Below are positions 35,757-45,747 of a stretch of 64,000 nt of DNA, one piece after another. This DNA is from a bacterium (lineage in GTDB: Bacteria > Patescibacteriota > Minisyncoccia > Moranbacterales > GWC2-37-73), in assembly GCA_003251635.1 (NCBI GenBank), contig QKEW01000011.1, forward strand, positions 39,411 through 103,410, in the 5' to 3' direction. Every line of letters starts with the position of its first letter. Positions within the stretch are counted from its first letter, which is position 1. Position numbers and translations under genes: made by a program. A model generated the notes under the pieces. It did no database searches. It worked only from the letters and a program-made list of their open reading frames with translations, and was not told where the DNA came from.

Positions 35757-37031
35757 ATGGATAAAATAAAGGAGATATTTGGAAGAGAAATTTTAGATTC
35801 ACGTGGAAATCCAACGGTTGAAGTTACTGTGGAGCTGGAGAGCGGAATTTTAGCTACAGCAGCTGTTCCATCTGGAGCATCAACCGGTAGTTTTGAGGCT
35901 TGGGAGCTGCGTGATGAAGATGAAAATCGTTATGGGGGAAAAGGAGTTTTGAAAGCTTTGGAGAATATTGAAAAAATTATCCAGCCGGCGTTGATTGGAA
36001 AAAGCGTTAGAAATCAGCGAGAGATCGACGAAAAGATGCTGGAATTGGATGGGACTGAAAATAAGTCGAAATTGGGAGCCAATGCTATTTTGGGTGTTTC
36101 TCTGGCTGTTTGCAAGGCAGCAGCTCTTTTTGAAAAAAAACCTTTATATGAATATATCGCTGAAATTTTTGGTAACAGTGGACAGAAGTTGACCCTGCCA
36201 ATCCCGATGTTTAATGTGTTAAATGGCGGACAACATGCTGATTCTGGTTTGAGTATTCAGGAATTCAAGGTGGTTCCGAATGGAATTGAAACTTTTACTA
36301 AAAAACTACAAGCTGGCAGTGAAATTTTTCATCAGTTGCAAAAAATTTTAAAGGAACAGGGTTATAGCACGGGAGTTGGTGATGAAGGTGGTTTTGCTCC
36401 GAAATTGGAAAGCAATTCTAAAGCTTTGGAAGTTATAAATTTGGCAATTGAAAAAAGCGGATATGCCTTGGGCGGCCAAGTTAATTTAGGCTTGGACGTG
36501 GCAGCTAATTCTTTTTATCGAACTGACGAGAATAACTATTTGCTTAAGCCTGAAGAAAAAACATTAAGCAAAGAAGAATTAGTTAATCTTTATGAGCAGT
36601 GGATTGAAAAATATCACATAATTTCCATCGAAGATGGTTTGAATGAAGACGATTGGCAAGGTTGGGCTCAAATGCGGAAAGAATTTGAGCAAAAATTGGG
36701 AGGAAAGGATATTATGTTGATTGGGGATGATCTTTTAGTGACCAATGTTAATCGTCTGAAAAAAGCAATTGAAAATGGTTCTTGTAATAGTGTGTTGATT
36801 AAGGTTAATCAGATTGGTTCATTGTCGGAAACTTTTGACTGTATCCATTTGGCTCAGGAAAATAAAATGCGAACAGTAATTTCTCATCGAAGCGGAGAGA
36901 CTACTGATGAGTTTATTGCGGATTTGGCAGTGGGGGTCGGAGCGGAATTTATTAAATCAGGTTCACTTTCTCGAGGGGAGAGAATTTGTAAATATAATCG
37001 ATTGCTAAAAATCGAACAAGAAATTAGTTGA
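35757..37031 (+). CDS. eno: Enolase
   Basis: EILDSRGNPTVEV, SGASTG, IKVNQIGSLSET and SHRSGETTDEFIADLAVG conserved blocks. Confidence 0.9.
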   Translation: MDKIKEIFGREILDSRGNPTVEVTVELESGILATAAVPSGASTGSFEAWELRDEDENRYGGKGVLKALENIEKIIQPALIGKSVRNQREIDEKMLELDGTENKSKLGANAILGVSLAVCKAAALFEKKPLYEYIAEIFGNSGQKLTLPIPMFNVLNGGQHADSGLSIQEFKVVPNGIETFTKKLQAGSEIFHQLQKILKEQGYSTGVGDEGGFAPKLESNSKALEVINLAIEKSGYALGGQVNLGLDVAANSFYRTDENNYLLKPEEKTLSKEELVNLYEQWIEKYHIISIEDGLNEDDWQGWAQMRKEFEQKLGGKDIMLIGDDLLVTNVNRLKKAIENGSCNSVLIKVNQIGSLSETFDCIHLAQENKMRTVISHRSGETTDEFIADLAVGVGAEFIKSGSLSRGERICKYNRLLKIEQEIS

Positions 37032-37046
37032 GTTAACTTAATCAAG

Positions 37047-38120
37047 ATGATTAAAGGCTTTTTTTCTCAAACAAAAAGAAAAAATAAAAAAAAATCAAAA
37101 TCAAAGAAAAGCAGTGACATGGTGATTTGCGTGGGTTCGTCTTCGAAAGATATTTTTTTTCCGACAAGCAAGGGTCTTATTTTGGAAACTCCTGAAGATT
37201 TGATTTCTCAGAGGAAGTTTGCTTTTGAGTTGGGAGCGAAATATCAAGTTGATCAGCGTTTTGAAGCTTTGGGTGGATGCGCGGCCAATGTCGCTTGCGG
37301 CTTGGCTAAATTGGGAGCAAGGGTTGAGTGTCTAACTAAGGTTGGCGATGATGATTTAGGAGAATGGATTCAGGAAGAATTGTTGGAAAACGGCGTTGGA
37401 ATAGAAATTTTGCAAATCGAAAAGAAATGTCAAAGCGACCTATCTCTGATATTGGTAGATGAAAAAAGCGGAGAACATGTAATTTTTTCCGATCGTGATG
37501 CTAATGAGAAATTAAAAATTTATCCCGCTAAATTAAAAAAAGCTAATTGGTTATTTGTAAGTTCACTTAATGGTGATTGGGAAAATAATCTGGAGCAATT
37601 GATTGATTTTGCTCAGAAGCGAAAAATAAAAATAGCTTTTAATCCCGGTCAGAAAAATATAGCTCAAGGAAAGACGGCAATTCAAGCAGCTATTGCCAAA
37701 ACTGATTTATTAATTTTAAACAAGGACGAGGCGACAGAAGTGGTTTCGCAGAATTTTCCGAAAGCTGGAGTTGAACATCTGAAAAGTGAAATTTTCCTAG
37801 TCAATCAATTGAGAAAAATGGGAGCTAAAACATTTTTGTTAACTGCCGGAGCGGCCGGAGCGTGGGTTGGATATGAAAAAAATATTTTTCAAGCCAAAGC
37901 TTTATTGGTTAAGGCTTTGGATACGACTGGGGCTGGAGATGCTTTTACTAGCGGTTTTTTCGGAGCTTTCGTGAAGAATAAAAAAATTGAGGAATGTTTG
38001 GCTTGGGGAGTAATCAATAGTAGTAGCAGTGTTGGGGAATATGGAGGGCAAGCTGGATTGCTGCGTGAAAATCAGATCTGCAAAATAGTAAAAAAAATAA
38101 AAATTAAAAAAGTAAGTTGA
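37047..38120 (+). CDS. PfkB-family (ribokinase-like) carbohydrate kinase
   Basis: DTTGAGDAFTSGF anion-hole/ATP motif, with GG and NxxE regions. The Lys-rich N-terminal 24 aa may be 5' UTR (alternative start ATG 37119). Confidence 0.7.
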   Translation: MIKGFFSQTKRKNKKKSKSKKSSDMVICVGSSSKDIFFPTSKGLILETPEDLISQRKFAFELGAKYQVDQRFEALGGCAANVACGLAKLGARVECLTKVGDDDLGEWIQEELLENGVGIEILQIEKKCQSDLSLILVDEKSGEHVIFSDRDANEKLKIYPAKLKKANWLFVSSLNGDWENNLEQLIDFAQKRKIKIAFNPGQKNIAQGKTAIQAAIAKTDLLILNKDEATEVVSQNFPKAGVEHLKSEIFLVNQLRKMGAKTFLLTAGAAGAWVGYEKNIFQAKALLVKALDTTGAGDAFTSGFFGAFVKNKKIEECLAWGVINSSSSVGEYGGQAGLLRENQICKIVKKIKIKKVS

Positions 38121-38127
38121 TTGATTT

Positions 38128-39393
38128 ATGGCCTTTTTTTCTAAACTTGTTTCCAGTGGAAAAAGCGAAAATTTAATAGCCCTAGATATTGGAACGGAGT
38201 TTGTTAAAGCTTTGGTTTTCAGGACGAAAGTTAAGGGTGAGGAGGTTTTTGGCGAAGTGTTGGGCGTGGGACGCAGTCGACAAGAACAAGGAAATATGCA
38301 AAGTGGTGCAGTTTCTGATATTTCCGGGGTTATTAAAACTTGCCGGGATTCAATTTTACAAGCTCAGGAGCAAGCTGGAATTAAAAAAATCAAAAAGACC
38401 ATAATTGGTATTGCGGGAGAATTGGTGCGGGGGACAACTACGATTGTTCATTATGAAAGAGCCAAGTCGGAGAGCCGAATCGATTTGGCTGAATTAAAAG
38501 TCATTATTCAGAGAGTTCAAAACAAAGCTTTTGAAAGGATCAAAAAACAAATTGCTTGGGATACTGGTCAAGATGATATTGATATCAAGCTGATAAATGC
38601 AGCGATTGTGGATGTTCGAATTGACGGATATCAAGTGAAAAATCCGATTGGTTTTCAAGGAAAGGATGTATCAGTCAGTATTTTCAATGCCTATGCGCCC
38701 ATGATCCATTTGGGAGCTATTCAATCTATTGCAGATGAGCTGGGGTTGGAAATTATGAACATCGCTGCTGAACCTTACGCGGTGGCTCGAAGTATTGATT
38801 ATGATGATGTTTTAGATTTCAATGCAATTTTTATTGATATTGGTGGTGGAACCACAGATATCGCAGTGGTACGCAACGGCGGTTTGGAAGGAACCAAGAT
38901 GTTTGCTTTTGGTGGACGAGCTTTTACTAAAAAACTTTCCCACGAGTTGGAAATATCTTTTGAAGAAGCGGAAAATTTGAAAATAAATTATGCTGAAAAA
39001 AAATTAGGTGCGGATGTTTGTGATAAAATAGATCAGATGTTTGATGTAGATTGTCAGATTTGGCTCAGTGGAGTCGAGCTTTCTTTGGCTGAATTTGCCG
39101 AGGCGGATGTTTTGCCTTCCAAAATTTTACTTTGTGGAGGAGGCAGTGCTTTGCCGGGAGTTAAAAAAGCGCTAAGTTCTCAAAACTGGATCAAGAATCT
39201 GCCATTTGCTAAGGCGCCAAATGTTAGCTTTTTGCAACCAAAAGATGTCGTGAGGATTGTTGACCAAACCGGTTTATTGAAAGACCCCCAAGATGTGACT
39301 CCGATGGGATTGGCTAATTTGGCACTAGATTTAGCGGTGGAAGAAAAATTGATGGCTGGAATTTTGCGTCGAATCGTTCAAAATATAGATTAG
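38128..39393 (+). CDS. ftsA: Cell division protein FtsA (actin-like ATPase)
   Basis: LIALDIGTEFVKALVF (phosphate 1), DIGGGTTDIAVV (phosphate 2), LCGGGSALPGVKK (adenosine motif). Confidence 0.75.
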   Translation: MAFFSKLVSSGKSENLIALDIGTEFVKALVFRTKVKGEEVFGEVLGVGRSRQEQGNMQSGAVSDISGVIKTCRDSILQAQEQAGIKKIKKTIIGIAGELVRGTTTIVHYERAKSESRIDLAELKVIIQRVQNKAFERIKKQIAWDTGQDDIDIKLINAAIVDVRIDGYQVKNPIGFQGKDVSVSIFNAYAPMIHLGAIQSIADELGLEIMNIAAEPYAVARSIDYDDVLDFNAIFIDIGGGTTDIAVVRNGGLEGTKMFAFGGRAFTKKLSHELEISFEEAENLKINYAEKKLGADVCDKIDQMFDVDCQIWLSGVELSLAEFAEADVLPSKILLCGGGSALPGVKKALSSQNWIKNLPFAKAPNVSFLQPKDVVRIVDQTGLLKDPQDVTPMGLANLALDLAVEEKLMAGILRRIVQNID

Positions 39394-39437
39394 TTTTTAA
39401 AAATCAATTTTGATAAGTAGTAAGAATATCTAAAAAT

Positions 39438-41516
39438 ATGCATCAAACTTTTTATGTCGAAGTTGACGAAGAAATTTCTTCGGTTATTGGAAAACTGAAC
39501 GGTTCTTTGGCGGCTGACAATTATTTTGTAGTTACCAAAAGGGCGTCAATTTCGCAGAGCATTGTCAATTTAAAGTTGTTCAAACGAGAGGCTGATAGAT
39601 TAAAGAAAAACATAGTCATTGTTTCGACTGATGAACAAACTCTAAAAATTGCCGAGAGAGCTGGAATTACCACTCAGACATCCATGAATGGTTTGGAGTT
39701 TTCCGAGGATGAGAAAGTTAAGATCAAGGAAGCTGAAAGTCCCAGTCAATCCGGTTTGGCTGAACAAAAAAGAGCGCGCTTAACTCGACTGGGAACATCT
39801 GACTATCATAATGAATCCCAATTGGGATCTGAAATTACTTCTGTTGCGGAGGAATCACTAAATTCTTTAGCAGCGCCAAAAAGTGATTTTAGGACAAAGG
39901 GCGGTTTGGGATCAGCCGGCTCAATTTCAAATTTGAATAATTTTTCAAAATCAGCTAAAGCCACTATTGGAGATCAAAGAAGATCGGTTGCGACTGACAT
40001 TGCGAGACCAACCAAGGAAGCGGCTTCTCTGTCAGGAAATCTGAATAAAATTTCATCGGGTTTTGAGCAGAATTTGGATCCTCGCTATGGAATGAATTAT
40101 GGAGAATTTCCTCAAACTCCGGAACTTGGAATCCGAGGTGGAATCGGTGTCTCAGGTAAAGCCATAAGACAAAGCAATCAGTCGCCAGGACAGTCTTTAG
40201 AAGAATTTTTAGATCCGGAAAAAGAAAAAAAGTTTGAAAAAATATTTAACGGAAGTCAGGCTAAGTCTTCTATGGCTGCCAATCCTGCTGAATTGTCGCC
40301 AGAAAATCGAGATTCAAATCAAAGAAGAAAAGATGAAAAAGGTCAGGGTGGCAGTTGGGGTAAATTTTTTCTATATTTAACTTTTATTTTTATTTTGGTA
40401 GCCGCTTTGGGTGGAGCCTATTTTTTCCTTCCAACTGCCAAGATAAATGTTTATTTGGAAAACGAAAATGAAAAAGATAATCTGGTCCTGAAGGCTTCGA
40501 CCAATCAGAACGAAGTTGATAGTGAGGGCTTGGTTATTCCTGCTCGCTTAATTGAAAAGGAAGGTGAAATAACCTTAGCTAATGAGACGACCGGAGTTAG
40601 CGAATCTTCAGGCCAGAAAGCTCGAGGTAAGTTGACGATTTATAATGAATATAGTGGGTCAGCTCAAGCACTGATTGCAACTACTCGTTTCGAGACCTCC
40701 GACGGGAAGATATTCCGTCTGGTTAAGGGTGTTTCGGTACCAGGATCAACCCAAGTTAGTGGAGAAACTAAACCCGGATCCGTTGAAGTTGAGGTTGTTG
40801 CCGATATGCCAGGCGATGATTATAACATTGAAGCAACTTCTTTTACTATTCCTGGTTTTGAAGGTTCGGAGCGTTTCGAAAAGATATATGCTAAGTCATC
40901 TGAATCCATGACAGGTGGAGGTCTTTCAGCCGATGCGGTTAGGATTGTCAATCAAAGTGATTTGGATAGTGCCAAAGAAAGAACTCAAGCGGCCTTGATT
41001 GAAAAAATCAATGATTCTATTCAAAGCGAATTGACTGAAAATGAAATGACAGTGGTAGAATCTTTCAGTTTGGATGTCATTGATGAAGCAGCTTTTGCTA
41101 AGGTAGGCGATTTGAAAAATTCTTTTGATTATCAAATAAAAGGAAAGGCTAAAGTTTTTGTGGTTTCACATTCGGATATTGAAAAAGTCGCCCAAGCGCA
41201 ATATGCCAAGAAAAATAGCAAGGGTTATAAATATTCTTTTTCCAAAACTGACTTTATCTTGGAAGATGTTGAGGCCAAATTTGATAGCGGAGAATTGGAT
41301 TTGAAAGTTCTTGCTCAAATTGGGACCAAAGCTGATTTTGATCAGACGAAGTTCAAGGAAAAACTGGTATTTAAAAGCGAAGATCAGATCAAGGAGGTTA
41401 TGCAACAATATCCTCAAATCCGTAATTTGGAAGTTAATGTTTGGCCATCCTTTTTTCCAACCACTCCTCGTTTAGTTGATCGAATAAAGATCGAAGTTTC
41501 TGATTTTAGTGAATAA
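39438..41516 (+). CDS. Hypothetical bitopic membrane protein. It has a cytoplasmic N-domain with a Ser/Gly/Asn-rich linker, one TM helix, and a roughly 370-aa extracytoplasmic domain.
   Basis: TM helix FFLYLTFIFILVAALGGAYFFL at about residue 310. No recognisable catalytic motifs. It sits directly after ftsA. Confidence 0.5.
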   Translation: MHQTFYVEVDEEISSVIGKLNGSLAADNYFVVTKRASISQSIVNLKLFKREADRLKKNIVIVSTDEQTLKIAERAGITTQTSMNGLEFSEDEKVKIKEAESPSQSGLAEQKRARLTRLGTSDYHNESQLGSEITSVAEESLNSLAAPKSDFRTKGGLGSAGSISNLNNFSKSAKATIGDQRRSVATDIARPTKEAASLSGNLNKISSGFEQNLDPRYGMNYGEFPQTPELGIRGGIGVSGKAIRQSNQSPGQSLEEFLDPEKEKKFEKIFNGSQAKSSMAANPAELSPENRDSNQRRKDEKGQGGSWGKFFLYLTFIFILVAALGGAYFFLPTAKINVYLENENEKDNLVLKASTNQNEVDSEGLVIPARLIEKEGEITLANETTGVSESSGQKARGKLTIYNEYSGSAQALIATTRFETSDGKIFRLVKGVSVPGSTQVSGETKPGSVEVEVVADMPGDDYNIEATSFTIPGFEGSERFEKIYAKSSESMTGGGLSADAVRIVNQSDLDSAKERTQAALIEKINDSIQSELTENEMTVVESFSLDVIDEAAFAKVGDLKNSFDYQIKGKAKVFVVSHSDIEKVAQAQYAKKNSKGYKYSFSKTDFILEDVEAKFDSGELDLKVLAQIGTKADFDQTKFKEKLVFKSEDQIKEVMQQYPQIRNLEVNVWPSFFPTTPRLVDRIKIEVSDFSE

Positions 41517-41530
41517 ATTTAGAATGTTTT

Positions 41531-43186
41531 TTGAATTTAAACAAAAATAAATTTAAAATGAAAAGCAAAAATAAAATTGATGTGGCCTATTTCTCGATGG
41601 AGTTTGGCTTTAGCGGGAGAGTTCCGAATTATGCGGGGGGCTTAGGGATTTTGGCGGCGGATATAATTTTCTCAGCAGCAGATTTGGGAAAAAAAGTGGT
41701 TGGAATTTCTTTGATTTATCACAAATCAGACGATCCAACTCAAGCTTTCCCGATTAATAATTTTTTGAAAAAGACCGATCATTATGTCTGGGTCAAGATT
41801 GAAGATCGAGACGTTAAATTGGCGATTTGGAAGGTTGAAATTCCGGGAGTCAAAGGAACAGTGCCGATTTATTTCCTCAGCTCATATTTGCTAGAAAATC
41901 AACCCTGGGATCGTGATTTGACTAAAAACTTATATTCATCTGATGGTTATACCCGTTTTTGCCAGGAAGTTATTTTGGGTGTTGGAGGTGTTCGTGCTTT
42001 GGAGGAACTGGGGTATCAAGTTGATAAATATCATTTAAATGAAGGCCATTGTTCTTTTTTAACTTTGGAATTGCTCAAAAAAAAGAATTATGATGAAAAT
42101 GAAGTCAAAAAAATTTGCAGTTTTACCACACACACTCCGGTGGCCTCAGGGCACGATCAATTTGGTTATGATTTGGCTTATCGAGTTGCCAATGATATCT
42201 TACCCTGGAATATTCGAGAATTGGCCGGACAAGATAATTTGAGCATGACTAAACTGGCCCTAAGTCTAAGTGGGAAATCAAATGGAGTTTCTCAAAGACA
42301 TGGCGAGGTTTGTCGACAAATGTTTCCTGAATATGAAATCGACAGCATAACCAATGGTATATATCATCCTCGTTGGATTGGGGCTCACATGGAGCTTCTT
42401 TTCAATAAGCACTTAAAAGGTTGGCGCCAAAATCCGGAAATTTTAGCTAGGGCCACAGAAGTTTTGCCGGACCGAGAGCTTTTGGAGGCTCGAGCTTTGG
42501 AAAAAAGGGATTTTATAGAATGGGTGAATCGTAATAGCAATTTTTTTCCACTGATGGATGTTAATGCCAAAGATTGTTTGAAAGAGAATGTTTTGACAGT
42601 TGGTTTTGCTCGGCGATTCGTGCCCTATAAGCGTCCGGACATGATCTTTAGTGATTTGCAAAAATTAAAAAAAATCGCCGGCAAAAAACTTCAACTAGTT
42701 TTTGCGGGTAATTGCAATCCGACGGATGATTTTTGCCATGATGTTATGAGAACTATCGGACGTTATGCTCAGGAATTAAGAGGGGAAATAAGAGTGGCGT
42801 TGATTCCGTATTACGATATTGAAATAGCTAAAAAATTGGTTAAAGGTGTCGATGTTTGGATGAATACGCCGATTCCGCCAAAAGAAGCCAGTGGAACCAG
42901 CGGTATGAAAACTTCTCTTAATGGTTGTTTGAATCTTTCAATTTTGGATGGTTGGTGGATTGAGGGTTATCAAAAATATCCGCTAAGCGGATGGGCTTTT
43001 GGTGGCGAAACAAATGTGGAAAATCAGCAGGACGAAAAGGCTTTGGTGGAAAAAATGGAGGACGTGATTGATTGTTACTATAATCATCAAGAGCAGTGGG
43101 TTGAGCGAATGAAAAATGCGATTGCTCTGGCGTCCTTTTTCAATACTCATCGAGTAGTGAAAGAGTATTTCGAAAAGATGTGGTAG
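41531..43186 (+). CDS. Alpha-glucan phosphorylase (GT35, short archaeal-type glycogen/maltodextrin phosphorylase)
   Basis: YFSMEFGFSGRVPNYAGGLGILAAD N-terminal block, and the PLP-lysine block EASGTSGMKTSLNGCLNLSILDGWWIEG. Confidence 0.8.
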   Translation: MNLNKNKFKMKSKNKIDVAYFSMEFGFSGRVPNYAGGLGILAADIIFSAADLGKKVVGISLIYHKSDDPTQAFPINNFLKKTDHYVWVKIEDRDVKLAIWKVEIPGVKGTVPIYFLSSYLLENQPWDRDLTKNLYSSDGYTRFCQEVILGVGGVRALEELGYQVDKYHLNEGHCSFLTLELLKKKNYDENEVKKICSFTTHTPVASGHDQFGYDLAYRVANDILPWNIRELAGQDNLSMTKLALSLSGKSNGVSQRHGEVCRQMFPEYEIDSITNGIYHPRWIGAHMELLFNKHLKGWRQNPEILARATEVLPDRELLEARALEKRDFIEWVNRNSNFFPLMDVNAKDCLKENVLTVGFARRFVPYKRPDMIFSDLQKLKKIAGKKLQLVFAGNCNPTDDFCHDVMRTIGRYAQELRGEIRVALIPYYDIEIAKKLVKGVDVWMNTPIPPKEASGTSGMKTSLNGCLNLSILDGWWIEGYQKYPLSGWAFGGETNVENQQDEKALVEKMEDVIDCYYNHQEQWVERMKNAIALASFFNTHRVVKEYFEKMW

Positions 43187-43208
43187 ATATATTGTTGAAA
43201 AACGAAAA

Positions 43209-44450
43209 TTGAATATGAGAAATATGCGAATCTTGATGTTTGGCTGGGAATTTCCACCGCACAATAGCGGTGGCTTAGGTGTGGCCTGTTTTGGTTTAAC
43301 TAGGGCCTTGTCTCGTTTGGGCGCCGAGATTACTTTTGTTTTACCTTCCAATATTCAGACCAATGTCGATTACATGAAAGTAATTTTGGCTAAGGAAAAA
43401 ATGAACCAACAAGTGGGCGTTAAAATTTTTTCTTCTCCACTTCATCCCTATGCTACCGCCGAATCTTATTGCCAAAAGCTTGAAATGATGGATGAAAATT
43501 CAACAATTTATGCTGATGATCTGCAATCGGAAGTTTTGCGCTATGCAATTGAAGCTAAGGAAATCGCGCTTGGTGAAAATTTTGACATAATTCACGCTCA
43601 CGATTGGTTGACTTTTCTGGCTGGAATTGCGGCTAAGAAAGTTAGTCAAAAACCTTTGGTCATTCATGTTCATTCAACCGAATACGACCGGTCCGGTGGT
43701 GGTAATTGCAATCAATTTGTTTTTGAGATTGAAAAAAGGGGAATGGAGGAGGCGGACAAAATTATTGCCATTAGTCAGCACACTAAAAATACGTTAGTTT
43801 CCAAATATCAAGTTGATCCCAGCAAAATTGAAGTAATTCACAACGGAGTAGATCAGGATAAAAACGAAATGATTGTGCGCGAGGATGGAGTTTTGAGTCA
43901 ACTGAAAAAATCCGGCAAGTTCATCGTGTTTTTCTTGGGTCGTCTGACTATTCAAAAAGGTGTGGACTATTTTTTGAAAATGGCCCAAAAGGTTTTGGAA
44001 AAAAGAAAAGATGTGGTTTTTGTGGTTGCCGGTTCAGGCGATATGGAGCGTCAATTGATTATGCTGGCGGCCGATTTGGGAATTTCCGATAAAGTTTTTT
44101 TTGTTGGTTTTTTGCGTGGCGATCAAGCCAATGAAATGTTTAGCATGGGTGATCTTTTTGTAATGCCGTCAATTTCCGAACCTTTCGGTTTGGTGGCTTT
44201 GGAATCAATGCTGCACGAAACCCCGGTTATAGTTTCCAAGCAATCCGGAGTTTGTGAAACTGTCAGTCATGCCTTGAAAGTTGATTTTTGGGATGTGGAT
44301 GAAATGGCCAATAAAACTCTCAGTGTCTTGTCTCACGCTTCTTTGAAGACGCAACTTTCGGATTTTGGCAAAAATGAAGCCTTGAAACTGGATTGGAATC
44401 GAAGCGCTCAAAAAGTCTTGCGCCTGTTTCAGCAACTAATCAAAGTGTGA
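43209..44450 (+). CDS. Glycogen/starch-synthase-like glycosyltransferase (GT4/GT5, GT-B)
   Basis: N-terminus RILMFGWEFPPHNSGGLGVACFGLTRAL (analogue of the KxGGL-type ADP-sugar motif), and FVMPSISEPFGLVALESMLHETPVIVS. Confidence 0.7.
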   Translation: MNMRNMRILMFGWEFPPHNSGGLGVACFGLTRALSRLGAEITFVLPSNIQTNVDYMKVILAKEKMNQQVGVKIFSSPLHPYATAESYCQKLEMMDENSTIYADDLQSEVLRYAIEAKEIALGENFDIIHAHDWLTFLAGIAAKKVSQKPLVIHVHSTEYDRSGGGNCNQFVFEIEKRGMEEADKIIAISQHTKNTLVSKYQVDPSKIEVIHNGVDQDKNEMIVREDGVLSQLKKSGKFIVFFLGRLTIQKGVDYFLKMAQKVLEKRKDVVFVVAGSGDMERQLIMLAADLGISDKVFFVGFLRGDQANEMFSMGDLFVMPSISEPFGLVALESMLHETPVIVSKQSGVCETVSHALKVDFWDVDEMANKTLSVLSHASLKTQLSDFGKNEALKLDWNRSAQKVLRLFQQLIKV

Positions 44451-44481
44451 TATAATTTGGATATATTCATAAAAATACAAA

Positions 44482-45714
44482 ATGCCTTCAGTTTGCTTTT
44501 ATTTTCAAGTACATCAACCCTATCGAGTGAAAAAATATCGTTTTTTTGACATTGGCAAAGATCATAGTTATTTCAATGACAAATCCGATACCAGTTTGAA
44601 TAATGAAAAAATCCTGGAAAAAGTTTCTCTTAAGTCTTATTTGCCAGCCAATGCTTTGATTTTGGAACTTTTGCAAAAGCATCCTGAATTTCGAGCCAGC
44701 TATTCTTTTTCGGGAGTTTTTTTAGAGCAAATTGAAAAAAAATTTCCGCATGTTTTGGAATCTTTTCAAAAATTGGTAAAAACCGGACAGGTGGAAGTTC
44801 TCAGTGAAACTTACTATCATTCCCTATCTTTTCTTTATTCGCGCCAAGAATTTGAAAAGCAAGTTGAATTGCATCGCAAAAAAATCAAAAAACTTTTCGG
44901 GGTTGTTCCTAAAGTTTTTCGCAACACTGAATTGATTTATAGCAACGAAATTGCCAAGGTGGCTGAGGAGATGGGATTTGATGCCATTTTAGCTGAAGGA
45001 GCTGATCATATTTTGGATTGGCAGTCTCCTAATTTTGTTTACCAGCCGGTTGGAACTGAAAAAATTAAGTTGCTTTTGAAAAATTATCGTCTTTCTGATG
45101 ATATCGCTTTTCGTTTTTCGGAAAAAAGTTGGAGTCATCATCCTTTGACAGCGGAAAAATTTTCCGATTGGGTTTCGAGTCATAATGGCAATGGGGAGGT
45201 TGTTAATTTATTTATGGATTACGAAACTTTCGGGGAGCATCAATGGGAAGATTCAGGCATATTTGATTTTCTAAGATCATTGCCGGATAAGATATTGAAA
45301 AATCCTCACAATGGATTCGTGACTCCATCAGAAGCAATCAAGAAATATCCGGTTCGCGGAAGTTTGAATGTCGAGCACTATGTTTCTTGGGCTGATGTTG
45401 AAAGAGATCTTTCGGCTTGGAAATCAAATGCGATTCAGGAAGACGCGCTCAAAAGAATCTATGCCCTGGAGGAAAAAATTGGAAAGGTTAAAAATAGAAA
45501 ATTAACAGAAGATTGGCGAAAATTGCAAACTTCCGATCATTTCTATTATATGTGTACCAAATATTTTGCCGATGGCGATATTCACAAATATTTCAGTCCC
45601 TATGAGTCACCCTATGACGCTTTTATTGCCTATATGAATGCTTTGCAGGATTTGGAGATGCGAATCGAAAAAGCCCTGGGTAATTTTTCGGTTGAAAAAG
45701 TTGGCGTAAAATAG
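44482..45714 (+). CDS. Glycoside hydrolase family 57 (alpha-amylase / branching-enzyme-like)
   Basis: N-terminal FYFQVHQPYR block. The length and the EHQWED region fit the GH57 catalytic domain. Confidence 0.7.
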   Translation: MPSVCFYFQVHQPYRVKKYRFFDIGKDHSYFNDKSDTSLNNEKILEKVSLKSYLPANALILELLQKHPEFRASYSFSGVFLEQIEKKFPHVLESFQKLVKTGQVEVLSETYYHSLSFLYSRQEFEKQVELHRKKIKKLFGVVPKVFRNTELIYSNEIAKVAEEMGFDAILAEGADHILDWQSPNFVYQPVGTEKIKLLLKNYRLSDDIAFRFSEKSWSHHPLTAEKFSDWVSSHNGNGEVVNLFMDYETFGEHQWEDSGIFDFLRSLPDKILKNPHNGFVTPSEAIKKYPVRGSLNVEHYVSWADVERDLSAWKSNAIQEDALKRIYALEEKIGKVKNRKLTEDWRKLQTSDHFYYMCTKYFADGDIHKYFSPYESPYDAFIAYMNALQDLEMRIEKALGNFSVEKVGVK

Positions 45715-45747
45715 TTTTTCAAAAAAATAACAAATACAAAAAATAAA

